Shown here: in pieces, positions 9,399 to 18,539 of the stretch
How the letters are laid out: the number at the start of each line of letters is the position of its first letter
Position numbering within the stretch: position 1 is the first letter of the stretch
Origin: Sedimentisphaerales bacterium
GTDB lineage: Bacteria > Planctomycetota > Phycisphaerae > Sedimentisphaerales > SM23-30
Assembly: GCA_963663965.2 (NCBI GenBank)
Contig: CAXXFK010000025.1
Coordinates: forward strand, 1 to 64,000
Length of the DNA stretch: 64,000 nucleotides
Reading direction: 5' to 3'
Translations under genes and position numbers: made by a program
The notes under the pieces: generated by a model
Databases searched by the model: none
Seen by the model: the letters and a program-made list of their open reading frames with translations, nothing else
What the model was told of the DNA's origin: nothing

Positions 9399-9698
9399 GA
9401 GCGGCTCCGGAGGAATCCATCAGAGTCGCTCACTAGCCGTGTGCTGTGTGACGAGTTTGCCTACTCCGCGGGAAGGATTTCTCTGGGTCCGCTGATGATT
9501 ATCGGTAGTGTGCCTTGTAGGATCCGGTTAAGGGCCAGTTAACCGGATCCGTAAGCCGAAGCGAAGCGGGACCAATATGCGGAGCGATTGAAGGCGACCT
9601 GCCTCGCTCGGTGAATATAAGTGTTCCGAAAGGAACATTCCTGAAGGCCAGAGCCTCCAGCAGCGCAATGCCCTGCTGTGAGGCTCCGGCCATTTTTA
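9399..9698 (+). ncRNA. Candidate structured 3' RNA after flagellin 3, ending in a terminator-like hairpin
   Basis: Consecutive stems: 9400-9431; perfect 12-bp inverted repeat 9520-9550; GAAA-tetraloop stem 9620-9639; long stem 9646-9691 followed by ATTTTT. Confidence 0.45.
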
Positions 9699-9868
9699 TC
9701 GGCACTTATCAGACTTTTATTGAATTTTTCAAGATTAACCACGCAGGCAGGACAGGCCATATTCCGGTTGGGTAGTTATAAGGTTGTTTCTCGCAATGGG
9801 TTAAGCGAAATATGTGTCTGCCGGGTCATCCACATAATCCTTACAATATTCATAAAGGGATTTTTCAT

Positions 9869-9897
9869 TAAAGCAGCCCCCAAAGATTGTCCGATAA
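9869..9897 (+). promoter_or_regulatory. Putative sigma28-type promoter for fliD
   Basis: TAAA-N17-TCCGATAA. Confidence 0.6.
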
Positions 9898-10016
9898 CAT
9901 CAACAAGAGTTTGATGATTGCAATCATGCCGCATCTGGGCCAGACCGATGGGATATCGGCCATCCAGATGTATTTCGACTGCGCTATGGATGGCATCAGT
10001 CGGAAAGGAAATCGCT

Positions 10017-13000
10017 ATGGGAACAATTTCATCCAGCACGGGACTGATTTCCGGCCTGGATATCGAGAGCATCGTTTCGCAACTCATTGCGATCGAAGCC
10101 CGGACGAAAGATCAGGTCGATACCCGGATTGAGGAACAGACTAACAGGCAAACGGCGCTGCTGGGACTGCAAGCCAAAGTCATGGCGATTCAGGTTTCGG
10201 CGGCCAGTTTCAACAAAGACCAGATTTTCGAACAAAAGGCAGTATCCATCAGTAATGAAGATGTTCTTACTGCTACTGCGACTAAACTAGCCCAGAAGGG
10301 CAGTTATAACCTTACAGTCAAACAACTGGCCAGTACCCATCAGTTTATCAGCCGGGGATATTCCAGTATCGATAGCTCTGTCGGCGCCGGTACCATTACT
10401 TTCGAAATGGGCAATGGCCAGGTTGCCCGTCAAACCCTGCTCGATCAGTTGAATGGGGGCCAGGGAATTCAGAGAGGTCAGATCGAAATAACCGATCGAT
10501 CCGGCCAGACGGCGGTCATTGATCTGCGGACGGCCCAGACAGTTCAAGATGTTCTGGATGAAATTAATTACAGTTCGAAAATTAATGTCACTGCTTCCGT
10601 ATCCGGTGGCCGGATTGTCATCAACGATAATACCGGCGGGACCGGCAATCTGGTTGTCGCCGATCTACGCGGCGGCCATACCGCCACAGACCTGGGAATT
10701 GCCGCGAATGTAGCCGCCAGTACCATTGATGGAAACAATATCGCCAGAATTGGCGTCGAGACTTTGCTTAAAAGTTTAAATGATGGCAATGGAATCCGGG
10801 GGGTGAACAGTGGTAGTGATGACCTGAAATTTACTCTGGCTGATGGAACAGTTCTCAATGTCGGCCTTAAAAGTCAGATGCATCACACCGTTGGTGATCC
10901 AGCAAGTAAAGCCACCACCCTGCAATCGCTCAACAGTGGCGCCGGTGTCCGGGGCGGTATGTTTCGGATCACCGATCAGAACGGTCGTTCAGTCGATATC
11001 GACATGGATGATTTTAAAGACCGTTACGGTAGCCGGGGAACATTAACCCAACTTGAGAATTATATCAAAGAACAGATCCAGCGTCAGTATCCCGACGGTG
11101 AAATGAAGATTTCTTTTGCGTTTAATGCCATGGATCATATTGTGCTCAAGGATGAAAGCACGCTGGAATACCGCAGTGGAAGCGCGGAATCGCAAAAGTT
11201 TACCATTGAAGATCTCGATGGCGGTTCTGCCGCTGCCGATCTTGGCATAGCGGGATCCGTAAACGGAACTACTATCAATGGAACCCAGGTCTGGTTTATG
11301 GAAACGGTTGGCGATGTGATTAACGCGGTTAATAATCACTGGGATAATAATGGTTCGCTTAAGTTACAGATCAACAGCAGTGGTAAGGGATTGCAGGTAC
11401 TCGACCTGAGCGCAGGCGCCGGTTCGTTAACCGTTGAAGCTAACGGTGAAGATAACTTTGCCGCGCTTGATCTTGGTTTGCTGACGCTTGATTCCAATAA
11501 CAACGGCCGTTCTCTGACTGCCGGATTGAATACCGTATTGCTCCGGTCGCTTAATGGCGGCAGCGGTTCTACCACCGCTACCGAAGAGTTTGCCAGAGGG
11601 ACATTAACCATTCAGGGCAGCGGTGGTGGTTCAGCTACCATGGCGTTTGACGCCGGCAGTTCGCTTAATGACGTTATCGAATGGATCAATAATTCCGGAA
11701 CCGGACTATCTGCCCAGGTTAATTCCGTCGGTAATGGCTTGATCCTGAAAGACGATAACGATGGCGCTCTTTCGGTCAGTGGCGATCTGGCTGATTTTCT
11801 GAATATTGCCCGGGATACTGCCGATGGTGTCAGCTCGGTGAACAGTGGGAATCTACAGTTGCAGTATATTTCGGAGACCACGGCGCTGAAAGATTTGCGT
11901 CAGGGTGAAGGGATACGGCTGGGCACTTTCAAACTCACCGATGGCACCGGTGTGACCAAAGATGTCGATCTGGCTCAAGATGGTATCAAAACCATTGAAG
12001 ATGTAATCAACAAGATCAATACCGCCGGTACCAATGTCCGCGCCCGCATCAACGATACCGGTGATGGGATTTTACTTTACGATACCAGTGAAGGCGATAA
12101 CCTGCAGGCTATCAAAGTTGCCAATGCCCGCGGCAGCAGTGTTGCCAGTGATCTGGGTTTGCTGAAAACAGCCACCAAACAGGCCGATGGTTCCTATATT
12201 CTGGATGGTTCCTACGAATATAAATTGGAAGTCGGTGGGGGGGACAGCATTGATGATATCGTCACGCGGATCAACGATGCCGATATGGGATTGCAGGCCG
12301 GCCTGATCAACGATGGCAATAATTACCGGATCAGTTTTGTCAGTGAAGTGGCCGGCCGGGCCGGCAATATTTTTCTCGATCCCGGCTCGACCAATCTGTC
12401 TACCGAAACGTTATCCACCGGACAGGACGCGCTGGTTTTACTGGGCGGTACCGATACGTCCAATCCACTGCTGATTACCAGCCGTACCAATACACTCAAG
12501 GAAGCGGTTAAAGGAGTCACCATTGAACTCCAGCAAGTGAGTGATACCCCGGTTAACCTTGAAATTGATCAGGATATCGATGGTATTGTCACTCAAATGA
12601 AAAATTTTGTGACCTCCTTTAACGAGGTCATGAAGCTGATTAATGACCAGGCCAGTTACGATGTGGCCACCGAAACCAAAGGCATTTTATATGCCGAACA
12701 TTCCGTCAGTACTGTCCGGCAGGCGCTGATCAACATGGTGCAACGTACGGTTCCCGGGCTGGACACCTATAACCGGCTCAGCGATGTCGGGGTGCATTTT
12801 GCCCCGATGGCTCAGGAAACAGCTGCTGACGCCAATGGTGATAACAAAACCTATGCCGTGGCCGGGGTGACTCAACTCGATTTTGACGAAAGCGAATTTC
12901 GTGAAGCGTTTGAAGCCGACCCGGATGCCGTGGTATCATTGTTTCTCCAGGAAACCTCTGGTATCGGTGATTATATCGGCGGACGACTGGAAAATCTTGC

Positions 13001-13214
13001 CAGTACCACTTCCAGCAGTACCATGAAAATCAGCGCTGAGTCAATCGGCACCAGTATCGACCTGCTCAAGAAACGTTCTGAATACCTTCAGCAACGACTC
13101 GACGCCAAGGAACAAAGTCTCTATAACCAGTTTTATCAGATGGAACTGGCCCTCTCCAATATGCAATCGCAACAATCGGCCTTGTCTCAGCTGGGATCAC
13201 TGATTTCAGGTTAA
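10017..13214 (+). CDS. fliD: Flagellar filament cap protein FliD, large and multi-module
   Basis: MGTISSSTGLISGLDIESIVSQLIAIE N-terminus; YNLTVKQLA; C-terminal LYNQFYQMELALSNMQSQQSALSQL; SD AAAGGA before ATG 10017. Confidence 0.93.
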   Translation: MGTISSSTGLISGLDIESIVSQLIAIEARTKDQVDTRIEEQTNRQTALLGLQAKVMAIQVSAASFNKDQIFEQKAVSISNEDVLTATATKLAQKGSYNLTVKQLASTHQFISRGYSSIDSSVGAGTITFEMGNGQVARQTLLDQLNGGQGIQRGQIEITDRSGQTAVIDLRTAQTVQDVLDEINYSSKINVTASVSGGRIVINDNTGGTGNLVVADLRGGHTATDLGIAANVAASTIDGNNIARIGVETLLKSLNDGNGIRGVNSGSDDLKFTLADGTVLNVGLKSQMHHTVGDPASKATTLQSLNSGAGVRGGMFRITDQNGRSVDIDMDDFKDRYGSRGTLTQLENYIKEQIQRQYPDGEMKISFAFNAMDHIVLKDESTLEYRSGSAESQKFTIEDLDGGSAAADLGIAGSVNGTTINGTQVWFMETVGDVINAVNNHWDNNGSLKLQINSSGKGLQVLDLSAGAGSLTVEANGEDNFAALDLGLLTLDSNNNGRSLTAGLNTVLLRSLNGGSGSTTATEEFARGTLTIQGSGGGSATMAFDAGSSLNDVIEWINNSGTGLSAQVNSVGNGLILKDDNDGALSVSGDLADFLNIARDTADGVSSVNSGNLQLQYISETTALKDLRQGEGIRLGTFKLTDGTGVTKDVDLAQDGIKTIEDVINKINTAGTNVRARINDTGDGILLYDTSEGDNLQAIKVANARGSSVASDLGLLKTATKQADGSYILDGSYEYKLEVGGGDSIDDIVTRINDADMGLQAGLINDGNNYRISFVSEVAGRAGNIFLDPGSTNLSTETLSTGQDALVLLGGTDTSNPLLITSRTNTLKEAVKGVTIELQQVSDTPVNLEIDQDIDGIVTQMKNFVTSFNEVMKLINDQASYDVATETKGILYAEHSVSTVRQALINMVQRTVPGLDTYNRLSDVGVHFAPMAQETAADANGDNKTYAVAGVTQLDFDESEFREAFEADPDAVVSLFLQETSGIGDYIGGRLENLASTTSSSTMKISAESIGTSIDLLKKRSEYLQQRLDAKEQSLYNQFYQMELALSNMQSQQSALSQLGSLISG

Positions 13215-13289
13215 TCGTATAGCCGGTAGTGATATTCAGGGCGGCCCAGTTGCGTGGCGGTATTTTCACTTTTTCGGACCCGGAATTAT

Positions 13290-13317
13290 TAAATCGCCGT
13301 TACGATTATGCCGATGA
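13290..13317 (+). promoter_or_regulatory. Putative sigma28-type promoter for fliS
   Basis: TAAA-N16-GCCGATGA. Confidence 0.6.
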
Positions 13318-13478
13318 TACCATTAGAACCGGTTATCCGGCTGTCACGGAATGATTCGCCTAACGGTTCTGACTGTGTATTGTCGTTGTTGTTCATGGAT
13401 GGACCCGATTTGATCGATACCGTTTGAGAGAGCCGGCGTTGACCCGCCGGGTGATTTTTCGCCGATAAGGATTTGTTC

Positions 13479-13949
13479 ATGGATACCCGACCGAACAATA
13501 CTCCCAATCAGTACCTGAAAACCAAGGTCATGACTGCCAGCCCCGAAGAACTGCAGCTTATGCTCTATGATGGGGCGATCCGGTTTTGTGAGCAGGCGCG
13601 CGAGCTTAATGCCAATGGTGATCTGGAAAAACGGTTTACCCTGATCAGTAAGGCCGAAAAGATCATCATGGAACTGATGAACAGCATGAAAGATGAATAC
13701 GCACCCGAGATCTGTTCCCGGATGCGTTCATTGTATCTGTTCTGTTATGAACGGTTGATCGATGCCAATCTCCAGCGTGAAACCAGGCCGCTTGATGAAG
13801 CCCTCAAGATTATTCGCCACATCCGCGAAACCTGGGTTCTGCTGATGGAAAAAATCAAAGAAGAAAACGGCCAGATCGCCGATATCGAGGTGGCGACTCC
13901 CGAAGAACTGGTAATGAGCGGCGCCGGGTCGTTCAGCGTCGAAGGTTAA
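13479..13949 (+). CDS. fliS: Flagellin export chaperone FliS
   Basis: YLKTKVMTASPEELQLMLYDGAIRF...LY...RLIDAN...IRETW; SD TAAGGA. Confidence 0.95.
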   Translation: MDTRPNNTPNQYLKTKVMTASPEELQLMLYDGAIRFCEQARELNANGDLEKRFTLISKAEKIIMELMNSMKDEYAPEICSRMRSLYLFCYERLIDANLQRETRPLDEALKIIRHIRETWVLLMEKIKEENGQIADIEVATPEELVMSGAGSFSVEG

Positions 13950-13974
13950 CGCCGTTTAAAATTCATAAATCAAC

Positions 13975-14019
13975 AAAAAAAAGGCCCCGGAATACTATCA
14001 ACATTCCGGGGCCTTTTTT
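13975..14019. terminator. Bidirectional intrinsic terminator between the convergent fliS and GH172 genes
   Basis: A8-GGCCCCGGAAT-loop-ATTCCGGGGCC-T6. Confidence 0.9.
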
Positions 14020-14034
14020 ATTCAAAAAATCGAT

Positions 14035-16128
14035 TTACTGGATCGGTTCCAGTAACAGGTAGTCCAGTCCGAACATATACGATTTGACCGCGTCGGGATG
14101 ACAGCCTTTGATAGTGACTTTGATTCGGTTCTCGCCGGCTTTCAACTCACAGTCGCCCAGTTCCAGTTCTGTCATGATGACCTCATCCGGGTGATATAAA
14201 TCGAGATCCTTCGCCAGGGTTTTGTTATTAATGGCAAAATCGATGATCGCGTAATCTTTGGCCTTGGTCAGGCCGGCCTTCACGCGATAACGACCGGCCT
14301 TGACTTTACCCAATGCCAGTACCAGTTCATCGCCCGGTTTGCCATATTTCCACCACAGTTGCTGCTGACCGCTCCAGCGCCATTGAGTCGAACCCTGGGC
14401 CTCGGTCGTACCATCTGATTTTTCCAGGATCTTCAGGGCTTCACCTTCCAGCGCGCCTTTCACCCGGTAAATCGGTACGACATCATCCTGAGTTTTTGCA
14501 ACTGGCAGTTGGGCGCTATCAACTTCCGGTTTTCGGTTCGATTGACTGCCCGGCCGGGCGTACCACATCGCTGTCGGCGCGAAGTTCATCTGGGTTTTAT
14601 GCCAGTGCCAGAGTTCCATATCGAATTTTAAACTGGTTTTGAACGGGATCGCGTCCAGGCCGCGCCACCGGCAATTTTCGCTGAATTTCGGTTGATTGTT
14701 GCCTTCACCGCAAGGCTGGGCATGGAAGGGCGCGGCAAAATATTCGCCCCGGCACCAGGCATAGCCATAATAATCTTCCGTTCCCGTTCCGATATGCGAT
14801 GGAAACGCTTCGCCATCCACAAAGATCTTCTCATCGCCTTCACCCCACCAGGCGTTCGAGCCGTTAAAAATACAGAGTTGATCGCCGACATAGGTTCCCG
14901 CGCCTTTCACTTCCACGTAATTGACATCGAAGGCGCCATCGCCGGCCTTGTCGCTGCCCCGGCGCGTTGATACCTTGGAAAGTAAATGCCAGCCGGCATG
15001 GAAATATTGCGACCGGTCATCCCAGTTCCAGCGTCCGGTTCTCACTTCGCCCAGGATAATATCCACCGGCTGCTCGCCCAGGTTGTGAATCGCAACGGAT
15101 GCGTTCTTTTCAAATGGCATCACCCAGAAACAACTCATCGAGCCATCCTGTGACACTTCACTATACCAGCTTCGGTAAGGGTGCAGTTGATGTCCAGTAC
15201 CAAAGAAATCGCCAACCGGACACCAGACGGTTTGTGTCCCGTCAAAATCGATGGTAATTACGGTTGATCGGAACGCCTGTTCCAGGTCTTCCGCGTTGAG
15301 TTTGATGGAGATTTCCCGGATCGCGCCCGGCCGGGCGATCTCAATCGCCCTTTTTTGGCCCGGTTCCAGTCTGCCTTCCAGAGTGGAATCCAGTCTTCGC
15401 CCGGTAGTCCCGCGTTCACAGCGGCTCAATTGCATCAATACCCGGGCCAGCACCGAACGATAGGTCGTCAGGTCATCCATGGTAAAACTTTTCACCGGGG
15501 TACCTTTATCGTAAGTACGATAATCGATCTGGTAATAAAGCGCCTCACCGTTACGGGCGCCCGGTTCGGTGATCTCATCGCTTTCATAAGTGACTTTACA
15601 ATGTTTGGCGTAGGGGATCGGCATATAGAGGTTATGGCCCTGCCGTTCGATCTCGGTTTCTGGCGAAACACCCATTGATAACGGTTTGCCCACCAGCATG
15701 CCGCCGCTGACAATATCCCGGATCGGCCCTTCGATGGTGGGTTGTTTGTTGCCATCCAGATACACCCGCAAGGTGCCGTTTTTGAAGGTGCTGCCCCTCG
15801 GTCCATGCCAGGTTCCCCAGAATCGAACCACCGATCCCGGTCCATCCGCGTCCATCAAAACGAATTCCTTACGCCCGTTATTGGTTTCATCCCGGATAAA
15901 AAAGCTCCGGTCCATATTCGCAAACCAGCCCGGCCCGTTCACCTCTTTGGTGCCCCGGTCATAACTGCTGGCCTGCCGGCAGGTATAATAGGGTTCCGGT
16001 ACTTCGGCCAGATTGGACCGGGTGACCATCTCTTCCAGTAAACTGCCAAAATCGACCGTCTGGGCCCAGAGCGCAGAACTGCCCGATATCAAAACCAGCA
16101 CGGTTATCAGAATAATCCGATTTCTCAT
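14035..16128 (-). CDS. Secreted DUF2961 / GH172-family glycoside hydrolase with a C-terminal beta-sandwich domain
   Basis: Signal peptide MRNRIILITVLVLISGSSALWAQ; QASSYDR, WWGEGDEKIFVDGE and GTGTEDYYGYAW motifs. Confidence 0.85.
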   Translation of the reverse strand: MRNRIILITVLVLISGSSALWAQTVDFGSLLEEMVTRSNLAEVPEPYYTCRQASSYDRGTKEVNGPGWFANMDRSFFIRDETNNGRKEFVLMDADGPGSVVRFWGTWHGPRGSTFKNGTLRVYLDGNKQPTIEGPIRDIVSGGMLVGKPLSMGVSPETEIERQGHNLYMPIPYAKHCKVTYESDEITEPGARNGEALYYQIDYRTYDKGTPVKSFTMDDLTTYRSVLARVLMQLSRCERGTTGRRLDSTLEGRLEPGQKRAIEIARPGAIREISIKLNAEDLEQAFRSTVITIDFDGTQTVWCPVGDFFGTGHQLHPYRSWYSEVSQDGSMSCFWVMPFEKNASVAIHNLGEQPVDIILGEVRTGRWNWDDRSQYFHAGWHLLSKVSTRRGSDKAGDGAFDVNYVEVKGAGTYVGDQLCIFNGSNAWWGEGDEKIFVDGEAFPSHIGTGTEDYYGYAWCRGEYFAAPFHAQPCGEGNNQPKFSENCRWRGLDAIPFKTSLKFDMELWHWHKTQMNFAPTAMWYARPGSQSNRKPEVDSAQLPVAKTQDDVVPIYRVKGALEGEALKILEKSDGTTEAQGSTQWRWSGQQQLWWKYGKPGDELVLALGKVKAGRYRVKAGLTKAKDYAIIDFAINNKTLAKDLDLYHPDEVIMTELELGDCELKAGENRIKVTIKGCHPDAVKSYMFGLDYLLLEPIQ

Positions 16129-16354
16129 AACGCAACCTTTCATCTGTGATGTCAGAATATTACCAGAAAACACACACTTGATATTTCGCTTTTATCGCTT
16201 CAGAAGCCTCCCCTGTCAAGGATCATTTCCTGACTACTGGTTATATACAGATCAGGGGGTTTACCTTCATCAGGTTCATTCAGATATTGACTGTTGGTGA
16301 ATGTACAATTTAACGTCTTGAAATGGTGTTTCTTGCCGGTTTGATCGATGAATT

Positions 16355-17392
16355 TCAATGAGGGGATGATTCCGATGGGTTTGAACGTCTATTGAACAAC
16401 TTTTTGAGGGCCGCCCACTTGCTTTCATCCATTTCCCATGCACAATAGATTGCCACACCCTGGTACTGAATTGGAAGTGTCGGGTAACAATTCAATCCAG
16501 CGTGTATCCCCCGCAATGCATTGGTCAGGTTCTCCACCCTGGGATGATGATATCCCACACCCGCATCCTCATACGCCGGTATCCCCAGCAGCACCTCGGT
16601 TTCACCAGACCACTCGAGGATGTCGCGTGTCCAGCGCCGCATGGTATTCTGATAAACCTTGTCCCATCGAATGGCCGTATCGTACATCATGGGTACCAGT
16701 TGATCGCATCGCCCGGCCACCTGTTCATAATAGGTCCGGCTCCAGTGCGCCTCCGGGAAAGAATGCCATCGACTCGGCGGTGGATACGCCGCTATCGATA
16801 GTCGCTTACCTTCCGGCAGGGCATTAAACAACTCTTCCAACAGAATTAGAAATTCCCGGTTTCCATCCGGCATGGGCTCGATATTGATTTGTACTCCCGC
16901 CAGTTGGGGATGCCGTTCCAGCAATGCCAGTATCGATTCGATAAACGTTGCCCGCCAGTCCCCCCGGTTCACGTAACATTGTTGATTTAATACCCCGCCC
17001 ACCCAGGGCATAACTTCAAATTCCTGGAAAATCGATAAAAACAGATCTGTCTGATTTGGATCTTCCAGTGCGATCTGGCCGTCCGTATCGCATGGACACA
17101 GATGCGGATACACATACTTAATGCCATGCTGTTTCAGCCGCTCCGCCAGTAATTTAATTGCCTCTGGGTTTCGAAACGACTCCCTGGACTTATTATACCG
17201 TCGAAACCACCCATCATCCCCCAGCCAGCCATGCCCCAGCCAGATCCCATTGTGCCCCAGGTCATGCCGCCCGTCAACAACCTCCGCCCCCGGCGACCAG
17301 ATCGTATAGCCCGTCAACAATATCCCAATAATACCCAAAAGCGGGATGATCGTTCGCCATGGCGGTTTGCAAAGTATCTGTAATATCCTCAT
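16355..17392 (-). CDS. GH18-like TIM-barrel protein with an N-terminal anchor
   Basis: AGVQINIEP (degenerate DxxDxDxE), DQLVPMMYD, VLLGIPAY, GVAIYCAWE. Confidence 0.6.
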   Translation of the reverse strand: MRILQILCKPPWRTIIPLLGIIGILLTGYTIWSPGAEVVDGRHDLGHNGIWLGHGWLGDDGWFRRYNKSRESFRNPEAIKLLAERLKQHGIKYVYPHLCPCDTDGQIALEDPNQTDLFLSIFQEFEVMPWVGGVLNQQCYVNRGDWRATFIESILALLERHPQLAGVQINIEPMPDGNREFLILLEELFNALPEGKRLSIAAYPPPSRWHSFPEAHWSRTYYEQVAGRCDQLVPMMYDTAIRWDKVYQNTMRRWTRDILEWSGETEVLLGIPAYEDAGVGYHHPRVENLTNALRGIHAGLNCYPTLPIQYQGVAIYCAWEMDESKWAALKKLFNRRSNPSESSPH

Positions 17393-17571
17393 TGAGATAG
17401 CTTGGCATTATAGGATTTAAAGTTTTGATAAATTGGATACGCATATTTATATTATGGATGTATCTGGTATTCATTAAATACTATTTGAATTAAATTTTCA
17501 ATTTCAATTTTTGCTTTTGCATTTATGTAAATCGGATATGATAATGCGCAATGTTAACATTGAGATAATAT

Positions 17572-17910
17572 ATGGGGAATCCCATGCTATACAACCTGCT
17601 CAATTATCCGCTGGTCTCACCCGATTGGGGGTATTACGGTGGCATCAAAATGGCCTACCAGGGCTTTAATCTTCTGGAAGGCATTTTCTGGATAATCTTA
17701 TCAGGCTATGTTTACCGTCGCCAACTCCCCAATGTCACACGCATTCTCACCCTCCAATATACGATTGCCTTCTTTTGCTTCGGGCTCACCGATTTTGTCG
17801 AAGTCTTTCAGATGCCACTCTGGCTGTTACTCATCAAAGGGGTCTTCCTGGCCCTGATTTTGATCACCCGCCATAAGATCCTGAAACTGGCCCCCGGCCG
17901 CAAGTTCTGA
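17572..17910 (+). CDS. Small hypothetical membrane protein
   Basis: Three hydrophobic segments (FNLLEGIFW, FCFGLTDFVE, WLLLIKG); start site uncertain. Confidence 0.6.
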   Translation: MGNPMLYNLLNYPLVSPDWGYYGGIKMAYQGFNLLEGIFWIILSGYVYRRQLPNVTRILTLQYTIAFFCFGLTDFVEVFQMPLWLLLIKGVFLALILITRHKILKLAPGRKF

Positions 17911-17946
17911 TCAAAGGATATCTGGTACTAAACACAGGGCAATTCA

Positions 17947-18477
17947 ATGTCAAACCAATCAACCAGACTCCTGGCGTTGAAACCATTCAGTCAGACCGCC
18001 TGTGATTATTGTAATCTGATTGACCAGCTTGTCACGCTTACTCCTCGAGCATTCTGTCATAAATTGGAACACATCCTGGCCCGGCTTGCTTGTGATATCC
18101 TGAAATTGAATACCCTGGGTATCTCTACCAAAGATTCAGACTTTGACCAATATCACATGACCTACAATGAATGGGAAACGGTTGCTAAAGCGATTAGCGG
18201 TTTTTTGTCAAATGACATTGGCACACTGGGCAGGTGACATGGCGATGAAAAAAATGAAGATCGAGCCAGAGCAGAAATAATCTGGGATGACCTGGGTGAT
18301 ATGTATCGTGATTTAAAGGTGGGATTGCAATTATACGGGTTGGATACCAAAGATGCCGGAAACCAGGCAAGGTGGATCTGGCGTTTCAATTATGAAATTC
18401 ATTCGGGCGAACATCTTTTTCGGGCTATGACAACAATTCATGAATTACTTTACGTTCATTTCAATGGCTTAACTTAA
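17947..18477 (+). pseudogene. DUF5063-like gene interrupted by an in-frame TGA at 18235-18237
   Basis: Frame stays open after the TGA: WDDLGDMYRDLKVGL...ARWIWRFNYEIHSGEHLFRAM, resembling the DUF5063 DL.DIY.DL / W.W.F.F..HWG.H pattern. Confidence 0.65.
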
Positions 18478-18539
18478 ACGTTAATTTCTAGAATATTCTT
18501 CGGTCACATTCGCCCTGATGATGATAATTTAAGAATTCG

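Noticed and set aside
9492..9631. CTGATGA ... GAAA suggesting a hammerhead ribozyme
   Set aside because: No short stem II closes onto a nearby GAAA; the GAAA at 9628 is a tetraloop in another stem.
2406..9700. RNA-guided TnpB-derived repressor (TldR) or an invertible flagellin switch beside csrA/flagellins
   Set aside because: No TnpB/Cas12-like ORF, recombinase or flanking inverted recombination sites in the spacers.
18235..18270. Selenocysteine read-through of the DUF5063-like TGA
   Set aside because: No Cys/redox context, only a weak downstream hairpin, and a second apparent lesion suggests decay.
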